This document shows positions 11,792 to 30,634 of a DNA stretch of 64,000 bases, piece by piece. Each line of letters starts with the position of its first letter. Within the stretch, counting starts at the first letter, position 1. The DNA comes from Dictyostelium discoideum (lineage: Eukaryota). The notes beneath the pieces are model-generated. The model was given only the letters and a program-made list of their open reading frames with translations. It had not been told where the DNA came from and made no database searches. The stretch is taken from contig CM000151.3 in NCBI GenBank assembly GCA_000004695.1, forward strand, positions 4,480,001 through 4,544,000, written 5' to 3'. A program made the position numbers and the translations under genes.

Positions 11792-13969
11792 ATGAATGAA
11801 GCAAATTGGAAATCATTGATTGAAAATTTATTACCAATTTATAATAAAAATGGAAATGATTGTAGTAAAATTAAAACAATGAGTTTGGGAAAGAGAATGA
11901 TTTCAAGAAATTATTTAAATCATTTATATAAAGAAAATGGTGATATTTTAGAAACTATTGAACAAGATCAAATCAAATCTAATCCATTTTTAAAGGATGA
12001 AATATCAAATCAAAAAATTATTTTTAAATTTCAACCCCAATTTCCATCAATGGAATTAACAATTTTAAATTTTGTTAAATTATTATTTAAAGATGTTGAT
12101 GATATTAATAATGATGGTGAATTATCAATTATACCATTCTCTGAATTTGGAATAATTAAATCAATGAAAAAAAATGAAAAAAACAATTATCATCAATTAT
12201 TACTACAATATCAACCAAAAACAAATAATGATGATATAACAACAACATTATTAAATGTTTTAAAAAGTGATGATAAAGATGAAAAATTAAAAAAATTAGA
12301 TTCTTATTGTTTTTCAAAATTAATAATAACAACTATTTTAACTAATCCTGCAAATGGTTGCTTTGAAAATTATTTATTTACACCAATGAAAAATGGTAAT
12401 TTTAAATTGGTTTCAATGAATAATGAATTATCATTTGTACCAGAATCAACACAAACTATTAAAACTGGTATATTTTCAAGTGAAATTTCATTTTGTGTAA
12501 ATACTTGTTTATTTATGTTAGAGCAAATGCATAACCCAATTGATAAAGAAATTATTAATAAATTGAAATCATTAGATGTTTTAACATTTTTAAAAGAATG
12601 GATATCATCAATTGGTGTAATTAATAAACAAATTAATAATTTAATTCATAAAGATGGTAATTGTGAAATTGGCAAAAAGAAACCATTCATTCATAGATCT
12701 GAAAATAATAAAACTTATCCATTAACTAAATTTCCAGAAGGTTCAATTAAATTATTATATTCAAAATTAATTAGATTAAAAGAAGTTTTAATTAAAGAAT
12801 CAACTTCATTATCATCAAAGAAACCAATTACATTTTGGAAACTTTTAACAATTTTAGAACCATTAATTTCAAACCGTATGTATTTAAATAGAACTTGTTA
12901 TACAACAAAAGTATCAGTTATTGAAAATTATAATTGGTATTTAAGAACTCAAGATATTTCAAGAAATCATGAACCAATGCCATTAATATCATCAAAAATT
13001 AAAGTTTCAAGGGGAATAAATAAAAAAAATAAAAATCAATATGGTTTAAAAGATTTAGAAGTAATTGATGAAGAAATTACATTTTATAAAAATATTTCAT
13101 CAAATACTATGGATGTTGATTTAAAAAATTTAAAATCAAAATTAACAACGACAGCATCATATCCTTTTCAACCAATTTCAATTTTATTTGAAGAATTTTT
13201 AAACGGTAAATCTAATTTTAATGAATCACTAAGCACTTCACAAAAATCAATATTTTATGAACAAGTTTTGCCACTTTCAAAAGATTTAAGATATTTAAAA
13301 TTTTTAAATAATGAATATTTAACAAATAAATTATTAATATCTTCACAATTTTTAAATGGTTTAAAAAGATTGGAAATTTGTGATTGCAAAAATCTTAAAC
13401 AATTATCAAATGGTTCTGATGAATTAAAATTACCAACAGTTTCTAAAATGTTGGTTTCCAATTGCACAAATTTGAAAACAATTAATATTTTCACATTAAG
13501 TTTAAAAACATTAAATATTAAAAATTGTGAAAATCTTAAAGAATTTCAAGTTTATGCACCAGTTTTAGAGAAATTAAAATTACAATCAACATTGATAACT
13601 TCAAAATTATTATTAAAATTAGATGAATCAAAGTTTTTAAAATATATTAATTTTTCAAATTCAACAATTAATGGTGTTTCAAAATCAATTGATAGTTTAT
13701 CAAATTCAATTTGTTTAGATGTATGGGAGAATCTAATTGAATTTAAAGCAATTAATTTAAAATCACTTTCAAAAATTACAATTTCAAAAGAATTAAAACA
13801 TTTAAAACTTTTAGATTTTAATGGTTGTTCAACATTGGTTGATATTTTTAATTTTAAAAGAAATGGAAATGGTCTAGTTCCTTCTTTAGAAATTTTAAAT
13901 TTAAATGGCACAACACTTGAAGATAATGAAAAACAATTAATAATTTTTAATAATTTAAAAAATAAATAA
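11792..13969 (+). CDS. Leucine-rich-repeat protein, 725 aa
   Basis: ORF from a genuine ATG. The C-terminal third holds repeated L..L.I..C.NLK..-type units (LKRLEICDCKNLKQL, LVSNCTNLKTINI, LNIKNCENLKEF), typical of Cys-containing LRRs. Confidence 0.6.
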   Translation: MNEANWKSLIENLLPIYNKNGNDCSKIKTMSLGKRMISRNYLNHLYKENGDILETIEQDQIKSNPFLKDEISNQKIIFKFQPQFPSMELTILNFVKLLFKDVDDINNDGELSIIPFSEFGIIKSMKKNEKNNYHQLLLQYQPKTNNDDITTTLLNVLKSDDKDEKLKKLDSYCFSKLIITTILTNPANGCFENYLFTPMKNGNFKLVSMNNELSFVPESTQTIKTGIFSSEISFCVNTCLFMLEQMHNPIDKEIINKLKSLDVLTFLKEWISSIGVINKQINNLIHKDGNCEIGKKKPFIHRSENNKTYPLTKFPEGSIKLLYSKLIRLKEVLIKESTSLSSKKPITFWKLLTILEPLISNRMYLNRTCYTTKVSVIENYNWYLRTQDISRNHEPMPLISSKIKVSRGINKKNKNQYGLKDLEVIDEEITFYKNISSNTMDVDLKNLKSKLTTTASYPFQPISILFEEFLNGKSNFNESLSTSQKSIFYEQVLPLSKDLRYLKFLNNEYLTNKLLISSQFLNGLKRLEICDCKNLKQLSNGSDELKLPTVSKMLVSNCTNLKTINIFTLSLKTLNIKNCENLKEFQVYAPVLEKLKLQSTLITSKLLLKLDESKFLKYINFSNSTINGVSKSIDSLSNSICLDVWENLIEFKAINLKSLSKITISKELKHLKLLDFNGCSTLVDIFNFKRNGNGLVPSLEILNLNGTTLEDNEKQLIIFNNLKNK

Positions 13970-14013
13970 ATTATTTTATTTTTATTTTTATCTTTTTTAT
14001 TTTTATTTTATTT

Positions 14014-14496
14014 TTATGGATGAATTGAAGTCCAACCATCACCAAGTCTAAGAATGATTTCACCATTACCAGATGGTACTGGATTAACACCTGGGAATAA
14101 ATCATTTAAATTTAAATGATATGCATTGATTGTATTATTACATAATACAAAAACACAACCTGAATTTTGTAAACTTGTTAACATTGGTTGAAATTCTGGA
14201 TTTGAATTTAAATAAACATTATAACCTTTTCCAAATGCAACTAAAATTATCTCTAATCTATTAATTAATCTTGGATCTCTATAAGCATTATAGATATTTA
14301 TGAGTGTTGAATTAATTAAACCAAAATCATTAGTATCTAAAATGTACATTGTTTTATAGAGACTATGAATTGGTTTTGCTGGTTCAAATTTAACATCATT
14401 AACGACATTGATTGAATTTGTATTAATTATTGATGTTGATTTTGAAACATAAATTAATCCTAATATTAATATTAATAATAAAATTGTTGATTTCAT
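14014..14496 (-). CDS. Small predicted secreted protein, 160 aa
   Basis: A genuine ATG is followed by a hydrophobic signal peptide, MKSTILLLILILGLIYVSKS. The mature part (…GCVFVLCNNTINAYHL…) is unrecognised. Confidence 0.5.
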   Translation of the reverse strand: MKSTILLLILILGLIYVSKSTSIINTNSINVVNDVKFEPAKPIHSLYKTMYILDTNDFGLINSTLINIYNAYRDPRLINRLEIILVAFGKGYNVYLNSNPEFQPMLTSLQNSGCVFVLCNNTINAYHLNLNDLFPGVNPVPSGNGEIILRLGDGWTSIHP

Positions 14497-15092
14497 TTTT
14501 TTTTTTTTTTTTTCTTTTTTTTTTTTTTTTAATATTATTAGCTTTTAATTTTAGTTTTAAATAAAAAAAAAAAAATAAATAAAGTAATATATCGAAATTA
14601 TTTGTGGTTATACTATAAAATAAAAAATTGAAAAATAAAAAAAATTTCTGTTTAAAAAAAAAAAAAATAAAAAAATAAAAATAAAAAAAAAAATAAAAAA
14701 AAAATAAAAAAATATCATTGGATAGTTCCAAAGAATGAAACGTATTCCAAATTCTTTTTTTAATAATATAAAAAAAAACTAAAATAATAACACAAGATAC
14801 AAAAAAATAAGGTTGGTTGGAAAAATTTCACCACTCAAGTTGTGAAAAGTAATTTTATCTTTTTTTTTTTTTTGTAAAAAAAGAAATGTAAGAATTAGAA
14901 AAAAAAAAATAAAAAAAAATAATTAAAGAAAAAGAAATGGTTTTTTTTTTTTTTTACAATTAATTTTAAATAGTCGGATAAAGATCAACAACTAAAACAA
15001 AATTAATAAAAATGATTAAATAATGTATTTTATTATATATTTTACATAATTGTTTGTGAGAAGCACTTTCATCACTAGTTTTAATTGTTTGT

Positions 15093-16235
<1,143 letters not shown>

Positions 16236-16297
16236 TTATATTTAAATATTTGTTTATTAAAACTATAGAAAAAAAAAAAAAATGATTTAATTTTTCA

Positions 16298-16304
16298 TTT
16301 TATA
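16298..16304 (-). promoter_or_regulatory. TATAAAA box with an upstream G-rich element (aaggggGTATAAAAtg) about 75 nt upstream of the actin ATG
   Basis: The minus-strand sequence reads ...ttcaagggggtataaaatgaaaaatt..., followed by an oligo-T run, as in Dictyostelium actin promoters. Confidence 0.5.
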
Positions 16305-16720
16305 CCCCCTTGAAAAAAAAAAAAAAATAAAAAATAAAAAAATTAAAAACCCAATAAAATCCCATTTTTCAAAAAAAATAATAAAAAAAATTCAAAAAAA
16401 ATTTTATTTTTTTAAAATGGCTAATTTTAATTGAAATTAATATGAAATGTGGGTAACCCAATTATTTTTTTTGAAAATTATGAAAATTTTTTTTTTTTTT
16501 TTTCAAAATATCTCCGAACCATCTATTCATATAAAATAAGTAAAAAAAAAAAAAAAAATAAAAAAACTAAAAAAGATATTTTTGGTAAAAGATAATTCAA
16601 TATTTTAATTTTTTTATTTATTTTTTTTACTTATTTTATTTGGATGTTAAAATATTTTACCATTTTTTTTTTTTTTTTTTACTTTTTTATTTTTTAATAT
16701 TGATTTAATATTAATAAAAA

Positions 16721-18102
16721 TTAATAATTCTCATATGGAGAAGGTAATGGAAATAAAGATTCAAAAAAATTTGATATATCATTAATGATTTGATTATTTA
16801 AATAATGACTTTGAGAGTTTGGAAAAGTTTCAAATTTAAATAAATCATTTAAACAAATTGTTTTATAATGTTCTTGATTTTCAATTACAATATTTAAAGC
16901 TTCTTTATAATTTTCATTTGTTAATGCAAAGTATTGATTATTTAATTTCATATTTTTAAATTTCCTTGAATACTTCTTAACAAATTGATTATACACAAAT
17001 GGAATTTGAATATCATTTGAATTTCTGAATTTATTACTAGACGTAATTGAAAGTTCATTCTTTAAATCAAAACTTAATATTGACCAAATCTCTTTATTGA
17101 ATACTTGAATACCATGTTGTGCATTAAATCTTGACTTTGTTGAATTCCCAACTCTATCCAACACCCTATTGGTATTGACTAAAGTTTGAGTCCAAACATC
17201 TTTTCTTGATATATTCGGTGTCCAACTTGACACAATTTCATTAGTTTCAAATAAATTATGATAATATTCATTATCAAAGAAATCATCAATTTCAACTTTT
17301 TCTCTAAAAAATAAATCATCATTTGAATATAAAAAACAATTTGAAACTTGGTTTGGTAAATTCCAAAAATTCGATTCAATTGAATTCGAATTAAATGTTG
17401 GTAAATCTTTTCTAAAAAATAAAAAATTATTAATTATAAATTATAAATTATTAAAAAAAAAAAAAAAAAAAAAAAATATAAAAAAAAAAAAAGATTTACT
17501 TACTTATTTTTATAAAATTTTTCATGAAATATAAATTTAACATTATCACTATTTGATTGATTAAACCATGAAGGTATTTGATTAGCAGTTATTATATAAA
17601 TTTTATTTATCCATGGTGCATATTTTCTTACACTTCTTAATGAATATTTTAAACTACCATAATCTCTAAATCTTTGTGATTCCTCTTCATTATCATAATT
17701 TTCTTCTTCTTCTTCATCTTCTTCTTCATCTTGTTGTTTTAATTTTTTTAATTTTTCATTTTTTTGAATTTTTTCTAAATTATGATAATAAATTCTACTT
17801 TCAATATGTTTTAGATCTGAGCCGTTGACCCATGTATATATTAAATCAATATCTTCACAATATCTACTTTCTTTGAGACTATCCAAAACAGGTGTCCTAC
17901 TTTTAATTATAATTGATTTGGTTAAATCTTCATCAAATTCGTGATGATGTTGATGATGTTGTTGTTCTAATAGCTTTTTATTAAACTTTAATTTATTTTC
18001 ATTCATTAACAAATAAAAACTAAATAATACAAATAATGATAAAATAAATAAATAAACATATGAAATTTTATTTTTACAATATGTCAATTTTTTGGATATC
18101 AT
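16721..18102 (-). CDS. Stealth-family (GlcNAc-1-phosphotransferase-like) type II membrane protein of about 429 aa. Exon 1 is 18102..17504, the intron 17503..17412, exon 2 is 17411..16721.
   Basis: Exon 1 has an N-terminal signal anchor and the Stealth CR1/CR2 motifs (DLIYTWVNGSD; RFRDYGSLKYSLRSVRKYAPWINKIYIITANQIPSWF). The GTAAGT donor overlaps the apparent stop, and a ttttttag acceptor restores the frame (…KNK-K-DLPTFNSNSIESNFWNLPNQ…) into the downstream ORF with no stops. Confidence 0.8.
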
Positions 18103-18181
18103 CTTTTTTTTTTTAATTTTTTAAAAAGATTTATTTACAAAACTACTATATTTGTATTTATTATTATTATTATTATTATAG

Positions 18182-18214
<33 letters not shown>

Positions 18215-18817
18215 CCTTTTCCTTTTTTTTTTTTTTTTATTTTATTATTTTTTTTGAATTGTTTATATTTCTTTAAATTGTTTATTTTCCTTTTTCTTAT
18301 TATTTTACCTTTTTTTTATTTTTTTATATTTTTGTTTATTTTTTTTTTATTTTATTTTTTTTTTCCATTTATGGCACAAATGGCAAAGGTTGGAATATTC
18401 CATTTTTAAATATTTTTTGACCACATCATATCTTCAATTCCAAATATCTTTATTTAATTTTTTAAAACAAAAAATATTTTATACTCTGAAATCAAACATT
18501 GGTATGGATTTCCTAGCAACTACAAAGACAAAGAAAAAAACTAAAGTTTTTTTTTTTTTTTTTTTTTTTATAAAAAATATACCAATTTTTTAAATGTCTA
18601 TTTTATTAAAAATTTATTCCCTCTTGTAGTTTTTCGAAATAAAAAACAATTACAAATTAAAAATTAATGATTAATTAATATATTGAAATTAAAAAAAAAA
18701 ATAAAAAAAAATTTTAAAAAATAAAACAATTAAAATCATTTTTTTCTTATATAATTTTGTGTATTTTTGAGTGCTCTATTTATCTATACTAAAATTCATA
18801 ATAAAAATAAATCATTG

Positions 18818-18860
<43 letters not shown>

Positions 18861-19234
18861 AATAAAAAATAATTTCAAAAAACAAACTATATTAAATCTC
18901 AAAAGTTACTGTTTGAAAACAAAACCATTTTTTTTTTTTTTTATTTTTTTTTCTAAATACTACTTACTATATAAATATTTCTAAAAATGTAAAAAATGTG
19001 TTTTTTTTATTTTTTTTAATTTTTCTTTTTTTTTTTTTTTTACGCTTTCCATCCCCAATTTTTTTTTTTTATTTTTTTTTTTATTTTCGTCAAAAAATAA
19101 TTAAGATAAAGATTAACACACCATGTTTAATATTTGAATAATGTAAACAAAAAAAAAAAAAATAAAAAATAAAAAAAAAAACCTATTCTAATATCTTTTT
19201 AATATTATTTTTTAAAGGTTAAATAACATATTAG

Positions 19235-24150
<4,916 letters not shown>

Positions 24151-25146
24151 ACTCTCAATAAATTGTTCCTTTGTAAATATTTGATTTTTAATATTATTTT
24201 TATTTTATTTTTATTTTTATTTTTTATTTTTTATTTTTTTTTGTTTTCCCAAAGGGATAGGACCTTTACTTTGGGTAATTAATTTATATGTTGTATTTTT
24301 TATTTGTATAATATGTTATCATTTTTATATTTGCAACTATTAAATGAATTATAACAGTGTTTTTTTTTTTTTATTGGGACCATCTAAAAAATTTCAAAAC
24401 TCATACCAAGATAAGATTGGACTAGAAAAGAAGAATAGTTCATTAGTTGGTAATATCCAAAGATTTTTAATCTCTGGTGTTCACACATTAATGGCCATTT
24501 AAATGGTATTAATTATTATGCTTGATTCTTTCTAAAAAAAAAAATCAAACTCTTTTAAAGCAGATTTTTCAGTTTTAATCTTTTTATTTTTTTTGCTGGA
24601 TATTATTTGAAAAATGTAAATGCAATAATGGTACAATTATTTGAATTTTTTTTTTGTATTATATAATTATTTTTTTATTTTTCTTCAATTTTTTTTTTTT
24701 TTGTAATTACTTTTCAAATAAATAAAATAATAATTTAATCCAAAAAATAAAAATATAACATCTATTTCAAAACAAGAGTAGATAAAAAACTAAAAAAAGT
24801 ATGGACAAATTATTTAGTAGATAAAATTTCAAACACTGCTAAAAAGGAAAAAATGCATTGCGTCTGCAAAAGCCAAAACAATAAATTTATTAATTTAAAA
24901 AAAATAAAATATCTTTTTTTTTATTTTTATTTTTATTCCCATTTTTATTTTTAAAAAAAAAAAAAAAAATCAGTTTGAAAATGATTTTGAAAACTGGATG
25001 AAATTTGGAAAATAATAATATTCATTTTGATAGGTTGTGTTTACATGTAATTTGGTATTTTTATTTATTTTATGAAAAAACGAAAAAAAAAAAACGAAAA
25101 GAAAAAAACTAATAAATAATATGCACAATTTCATTTCTTCTAAAAT

Positions 25147-27593
25147 TTATTGTAAAGTTGGTGGTGGAGCACTGTAGGGATTATATTGATAAAAATTTTG
25201 GGGAAATTGTTGATGAATTTGAGGTTGCATTTGAGAGTTAATATTAATTGGACTTTGAATCCATCCATTATTGATGTTATTATTATTATTATTGTTGTTG
25301 TTGTGGTTATTTCCATTTATATCATGAATATTGGAACCATTATAGATTGGGAAAATGGGAGCCATTTGTTGAATTGGTGGTGGTGGAGGTGGTTGTGGAG
25401 TGTGATGAGGTAAATATTGTCTTTGGAAATCCATTTGATATTGCACATGTTGAATTGGTGGTGGTGGTGGTGGTGGAATTTGATGAGAATTTTGGTGTCG
25501 TAATATATTTCCCTCATTATTACCAAAACTATTTATATTATTACTATTCATATCCATATTTCCATTTCCATTTCCATTATTATTATTTATACCATTAATA
25601 TTACTGTTGTTATTATTGCTATTGTTATTATTTAAAAATGATTTGGGAATATGTCTAACATTACTATCATCACCGTCATTTGCCCTGTAAAATGGTGAAA
25701 ATACTATTTATATAAAAAAAAAAATTAGTATATTTTACTGAAAAAAAAAAAAAAAAAAAAATAAAATAAAAAAATGATAATATACATTTTCCAACAACTT
25801 GTTCAGTTTGTGAAGATTGAAAAGATTGTGGTGAAGAAGGTGAAGAAGGTGAATTTGATTTTGGTGATGATTGACTTGAAGTTGGAGTTGTATTAAAATT
25901 AGTTATTATTGTTGGTGGTTGTTTTTGTTGTGGCTGCTGTTGTGGCTGTTGTTGTAATTGTTGTTGTTGGGTAATCATTTCTTCATCTCCTTTTGTTGAA
26001 GATTTTGATTTTGTTTTTTTCGTTTTTTGTGTTTCTATTTGAAAAAAAAAAAAAAAAAATAGTTATTATTAATATAATGAACTTAATAATGATAATAAAA
26101 AAAAAAAACTTACTTTTTTCTTTATCATCTTGTTTGTTTTTATCTACATTATTTTTATTTGAATTATTTAAATTATCATCAATTAAATCTTGAAGTGATA
26201 AATCATGTATACTTCTTTTATTCTTTGTTTCTTGTTTTTGTCTTAGATAATATTTTTGTGCATGGCTTTGAATTTGAGTTGGAGTTCTTGTACCAACAAA
26301 TTGTGCAATCTCTTTCCATGCACCCTTACCATGGATTTGAATACCATTTAAAAATCTAATATGTTCCTCTTTTGTCCAACCTTGTTTTAAAGATGTTTTT
26401 TTACCTGTTGGATTTGTTTTGCCTCCACTGGTTGTTGTTGCTGTTGTTGTTGTGGTTGTCGTATTGTTAGTGTTGTTATTATTATTATTATTATTGTTAT
26501 TATTATTATTATTACTATTACTATTATTATTATTATTATTATTTATTATTGAAACTGTAATTGGAGTTGAAGTATTTGAATGAGTTGATGAAGTTGATGT
26601 GGTAGGTGAATTGAAAATTGGTGCAACAGGTGTTGATAAAGGTGTTGATAAAGGTGTTGATAATGGTGTTGATAATGGTGTTGACGAGGGTGTTACTACT
26701 GGTGTTGTAATTGGTGTTACAATTGGAGTAATGGTAGGTGTTTTACCATTAGAAGATGAAGTATCCATTGGATTCGATGTGTTTTCTATATTATCAGGTG
26801 AAACTGGTTTAGTATTATCTTGTGAATTATTTAAACTTGATGAAATTGGTGAAGATGTTACCATTACATTATTATTAGCAGATGCAAAATCTACATGATC
26901 ATTTGTATTAAAAACTACATCTGTCATCATTGTTGGTGAAGAGGTTGAATTTAAATTTGTATCTTGTTGCTCTGCTCCCTGTTGTTCAACCGCTGTTGTA
27001 GTTGTAGTTGTAGTAGTTGTAGTGTTTGATTCATTTGGTTGTTGTTCTTTTTGTTGTTGTTCTTGCTCCTCTTGTTGTTGTTGTTCTTTTTGTTGTTCTT
27101 TTTGTTGTTCCTTTTGTTGTTGATCTTTTTGTTGTTGTTGAAGATAAGAGTTTTGGAATGACAACAATGCCTCTTTTTGTTGTTGAGTTTGATTAAATGA
27201 ACCTAATGATGAGAATGAATTAAAAAATGATTGTCCAAAATTTTTATCAAATGAATCATTATTTCTATAGAAGAAAAAAAAAAAAAAAAAAAAAAAAGCG
27301 TTAATTTTTGTTTTTTTTGTAATTTGGATAAAAAAAAAAACTTACAAAATATTTAAATTTGAGTTTGAAGTTATGGAACTCGCTTGTTCATTGAATGCAT
27401 AATCTGGAGAAAATAAAGAACCAAATCCTCCATGAAATGAAGTTGAAGAAAGGAAATTAAATCCATTTGGTATTGAATTAAGATTACCATTACTTTTGAA
27501 TGGTGGAGAATTATTATTTAATAATGTACTTCCTCCGACATTGCTTGTATTTTTACTTGGTGATTCAATTTGGTTCTGTTGATTATTTGGCAT
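25147..27593 (-). CDS. Myb-like (SHAQKYF-class) transcription factor of about 734 aa. Four exons: 27593..27346, 27264..26114, 26034..25786, 25703..25147.
   Basis: The Myb repeat reads GWTKEEHIRFLNGIQIHGKGAWKEIAQFVGTRTPTQIQSHAQKYYLRQKQ. The true ATG is at 27593 (MPNNQQNQ…); the listed upstream 'M' is a GTG. Donors are tt|GTAAGT, a|GTAAGT and t|GTATAT; acceptors are tctatag|, caaatag| and ataaatag|. The phases (2,1,1) all close and join the four same-strand ORFs without stops. The C-terminal exon is Pro/Gln-rich. Confidence 0.7.
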
Positions 27594-28107
27594 ATTTAAA
27601 TAAATAATTTTATACACCTATATATTATATTATATATATATATATAAATTTATATATGAATTTGAATGCTAATAATTATAATTATTTTTTGTGGTGGAAT
27701 TTTTGTTTTTTTTTTTTTTAATTTTTTTTTTTTTTTTATTTTATTTTAAAAAAAAAAATTATAATTATTTTTTAAAAAAAAAAAAAAAAACTTATTTGGT
27801 GTTTTGTAATAAAATAATTATATATTTATATTTAAATAATTTTTTTTTCTTTTTTTTTTTTTGTTTTTGTTTTTTTATTTTTTTTTTTTTTAAAAATAAA
27901 TTAAAATTAAAAAAAAAAAAAAAAATTGAAAAATAAAAAATTAAAATATAAAAAAAAAAAAAAAAAAAAGAAACAGAATTTAGTCCTTTTTTTTTCTTTT
28001 AATGTTTCTAGTTAGTTCCTTTTTAGTAAAGTTTCGATTATTTTATTTTTTTTGTTTTTTTTTTGGTGTGTTTATTTTTATATTTTTTATTAAAAAAAAA
28101 AGATATA

Positions 28108-28216
<109 letters not shown>

Positions 28217-28644
28217 TAAAAATTTAGTTGCTTTTGAAAAAAAAAAAAAAAAAAAAAAAAAATTATATTTTAAATATTATATTTTAAGAATAGATTTGAA
28301 AAAAGTGGAAAAAATTTGAAATTAAAATTTTTTTTTTTTTTTTCTGAAAAAAAAAAATAAAAAAAAAAAAATAAAGGAAAAAAAAAAAAATAAAAATAAA
28401 AAAAAAAATTTTCGGTTGTTTTATTTAAATTATTTAATTTTTAATTTTTTTTTTTTTTTATTTTTTTTTTTTATTTTTTTTTATTTTTTTTGGAAATATA
28501 CAAATAAATTATTATTTGATATTGAACACCACTTTATCACCCCCTTAAAACCCCCACTCAATATTCACACATAAAACATTTAATTGAATTTTTGTTTTGA
28601 TGATACCAACTTAAGATCTATTATCTTTTCACCCACAATCCCCA

Positions 28645-28682
<38 letters not shown>

Positions 28683-28758
28683 AAATAAAATAAAAAATAA
28701 AAAATAAACTAAATTTTTTTTTTTTTTTTTTTCTTTCTCACCCCACTAAACTCAAACA

Positions 28759-28888
28759 ATGATTAGAAATTTAATTTTAAAATCTACAAAATCTCAAAAC
28801 CTTTCAAGATTTTATAAAACAAAAACTACAAATTTTAATAATATAACATTAACAACTAATAATAATAAAAAATGTATATTTTTTAAAG

Positions 28889-28924
<36 letters not shown>

Positions 28925-29952
28925 GAATTCAATATTCTACAAGTAGTAGTAACAGCACTATCAATAAAAATCAAACTAAAAAAGTTGAATCATTAAATAA
29001 AGAGACAAAGGATTCTAATGATAAATCAATTTATGGATCAATTGGCGATATTGATTTTAGTAAAAAGGAGAGTGGACCATCAAAGAATGCATTAAGCAGA
29101 GAGAAATTAAGTAAAAGTTTATTATTAATGAGAAAATCAGGTACACTTTCATCAGTTAATATGATGGCAAAGATGGAGAATGAAAATTCTACACCTGTTT
29201 ATGGATCATTATCAGCCTATGCGTTATTTGATAGCGAAGAGGAGGTGTCAGGTGACATCACACAAGAGCATTTGAAAACCAAAGTGACAGTATACAATCC
29301 AATCATAGCATTACATAAATCAAGTGCCCACATCAAGCATTTCAAACACTTCAATAAGGTATCACTAGTGGTGTACCCATTGACACCCATCGGCAGACCA
29401 CCAAGCGAGTATGACCTACCACGTGTGAATTTCAGTGGTCGTATGAGACTGCTACCATCACCTAACGCCAGTAAAGACACACAAGACATTCTAACCTACA
29501 CAAAAGCGAAAAGACTCTATTTCGAGAGACACCCAAATTCAGCAGTGGTGATGGGCGATCAGTGCGACAAGGATTACGATTTCTTCATTATGGATATCTC
29601 TGACGCCTACTATTATGAAAGAAATCAAAAATTAACTTCCATTCCAATCGAGGTTTTGAAATGTTGTTCAGCAGATCCTGTCACTATTCAAAGTAGAGAA
29701 ATTATTGAGACTGTAAACTCAAAGTACCAAGACTCGCTCTCTCTCATCGTTGAGCAATATGGTGATGTTAAATTGGATGATTGTTTCATGTATTTCGTTG
29801 ATAGTTTCGGTTTAAATTGTATAGGTAAGAAAAAAGGTATTGATGAATGGTTAGATATTCGTATACCTTTTGATTCATCTTTTGATAATTTTGAAAATTG
29901 TAAATCTGGATTATATGAAACTTTAAGATTAGTTCGTAATAAAATTTTTTAA
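28759..29952 (+). CDS. Hypothetical protein, 397 aa, with a basic N-terminus that could be a mitochondrial presequence
   Basis: Genuine ATG. The N-terminus MIRNLILKSTKSQNLSRFYKTKTT is basic with no acidic residues. The central part (29220..29560) is unusually GC-rich for this genome. I recognised no domain. Confidence 0.6.
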
Positions 29953-30567
29953 AAAAAAAAAAATTATAATCAATAATATTTTTTTTTGATTTTTTTTTTT
30001 TTTTTTTTTTTTTTTCAAATAATATTTATTTATCAAACTTTTAAATAAAACGTGTAAAAAAAAGATTAGATATTTTTTTATTTCTATTTTTAAAAAAAAA
30101 AAAAAAAATCAAAAAAAAAAAAGAAATCAAAAAAAAAAAAAAAATCAAAAAATACTTTGAATTTATACCAATTTTATCAATAAAATATGATTTTTTTTAA
30201 AAACTAAATGAAATCTAAAAATCATATGATAATTTTTTTTTTCATTTTTTTTTTTTTTTTTTTATTTTCCAATAATTTTTTTTTTATATGAGACAAACAC
30301 TGTTCATTCCGACAGGAAATTAAATTTTTTTTTTTTTTTTTTTAATATATTTTTTTTTATTTTCACTTTTTTTTATTTTTTATTTTTTATTTTTTTTTTT
30401 ATTTTTTATTTTTTTTTTTTTAAATCCCAGGTGTGTTCACAAAAATAACAACAACACTAAAAAAAGTCTTCATTGTTTTTTACTTTTTTTTTTAATTTTT
30501 AATTTTTTATTTAATTTAAACAATATATAAATCAATTAAAATAAACACTCACTCGATAGTGTAAAAG

Positions 30568-30618
<51 letters not shown>

Positions 30619-30634
30619 ATATAAAAAAAAAAAA

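Noticed and set aside
27167-27617. Listed ORF 'M' starts at 19240, 27167, 27617, 39702, 44301 and 55631 treated as translation starts
   Set aside because: Reading the DNA shows these first codons are TTG or GTG after an upstream stop. Real starts or splice acceptors were located instead.
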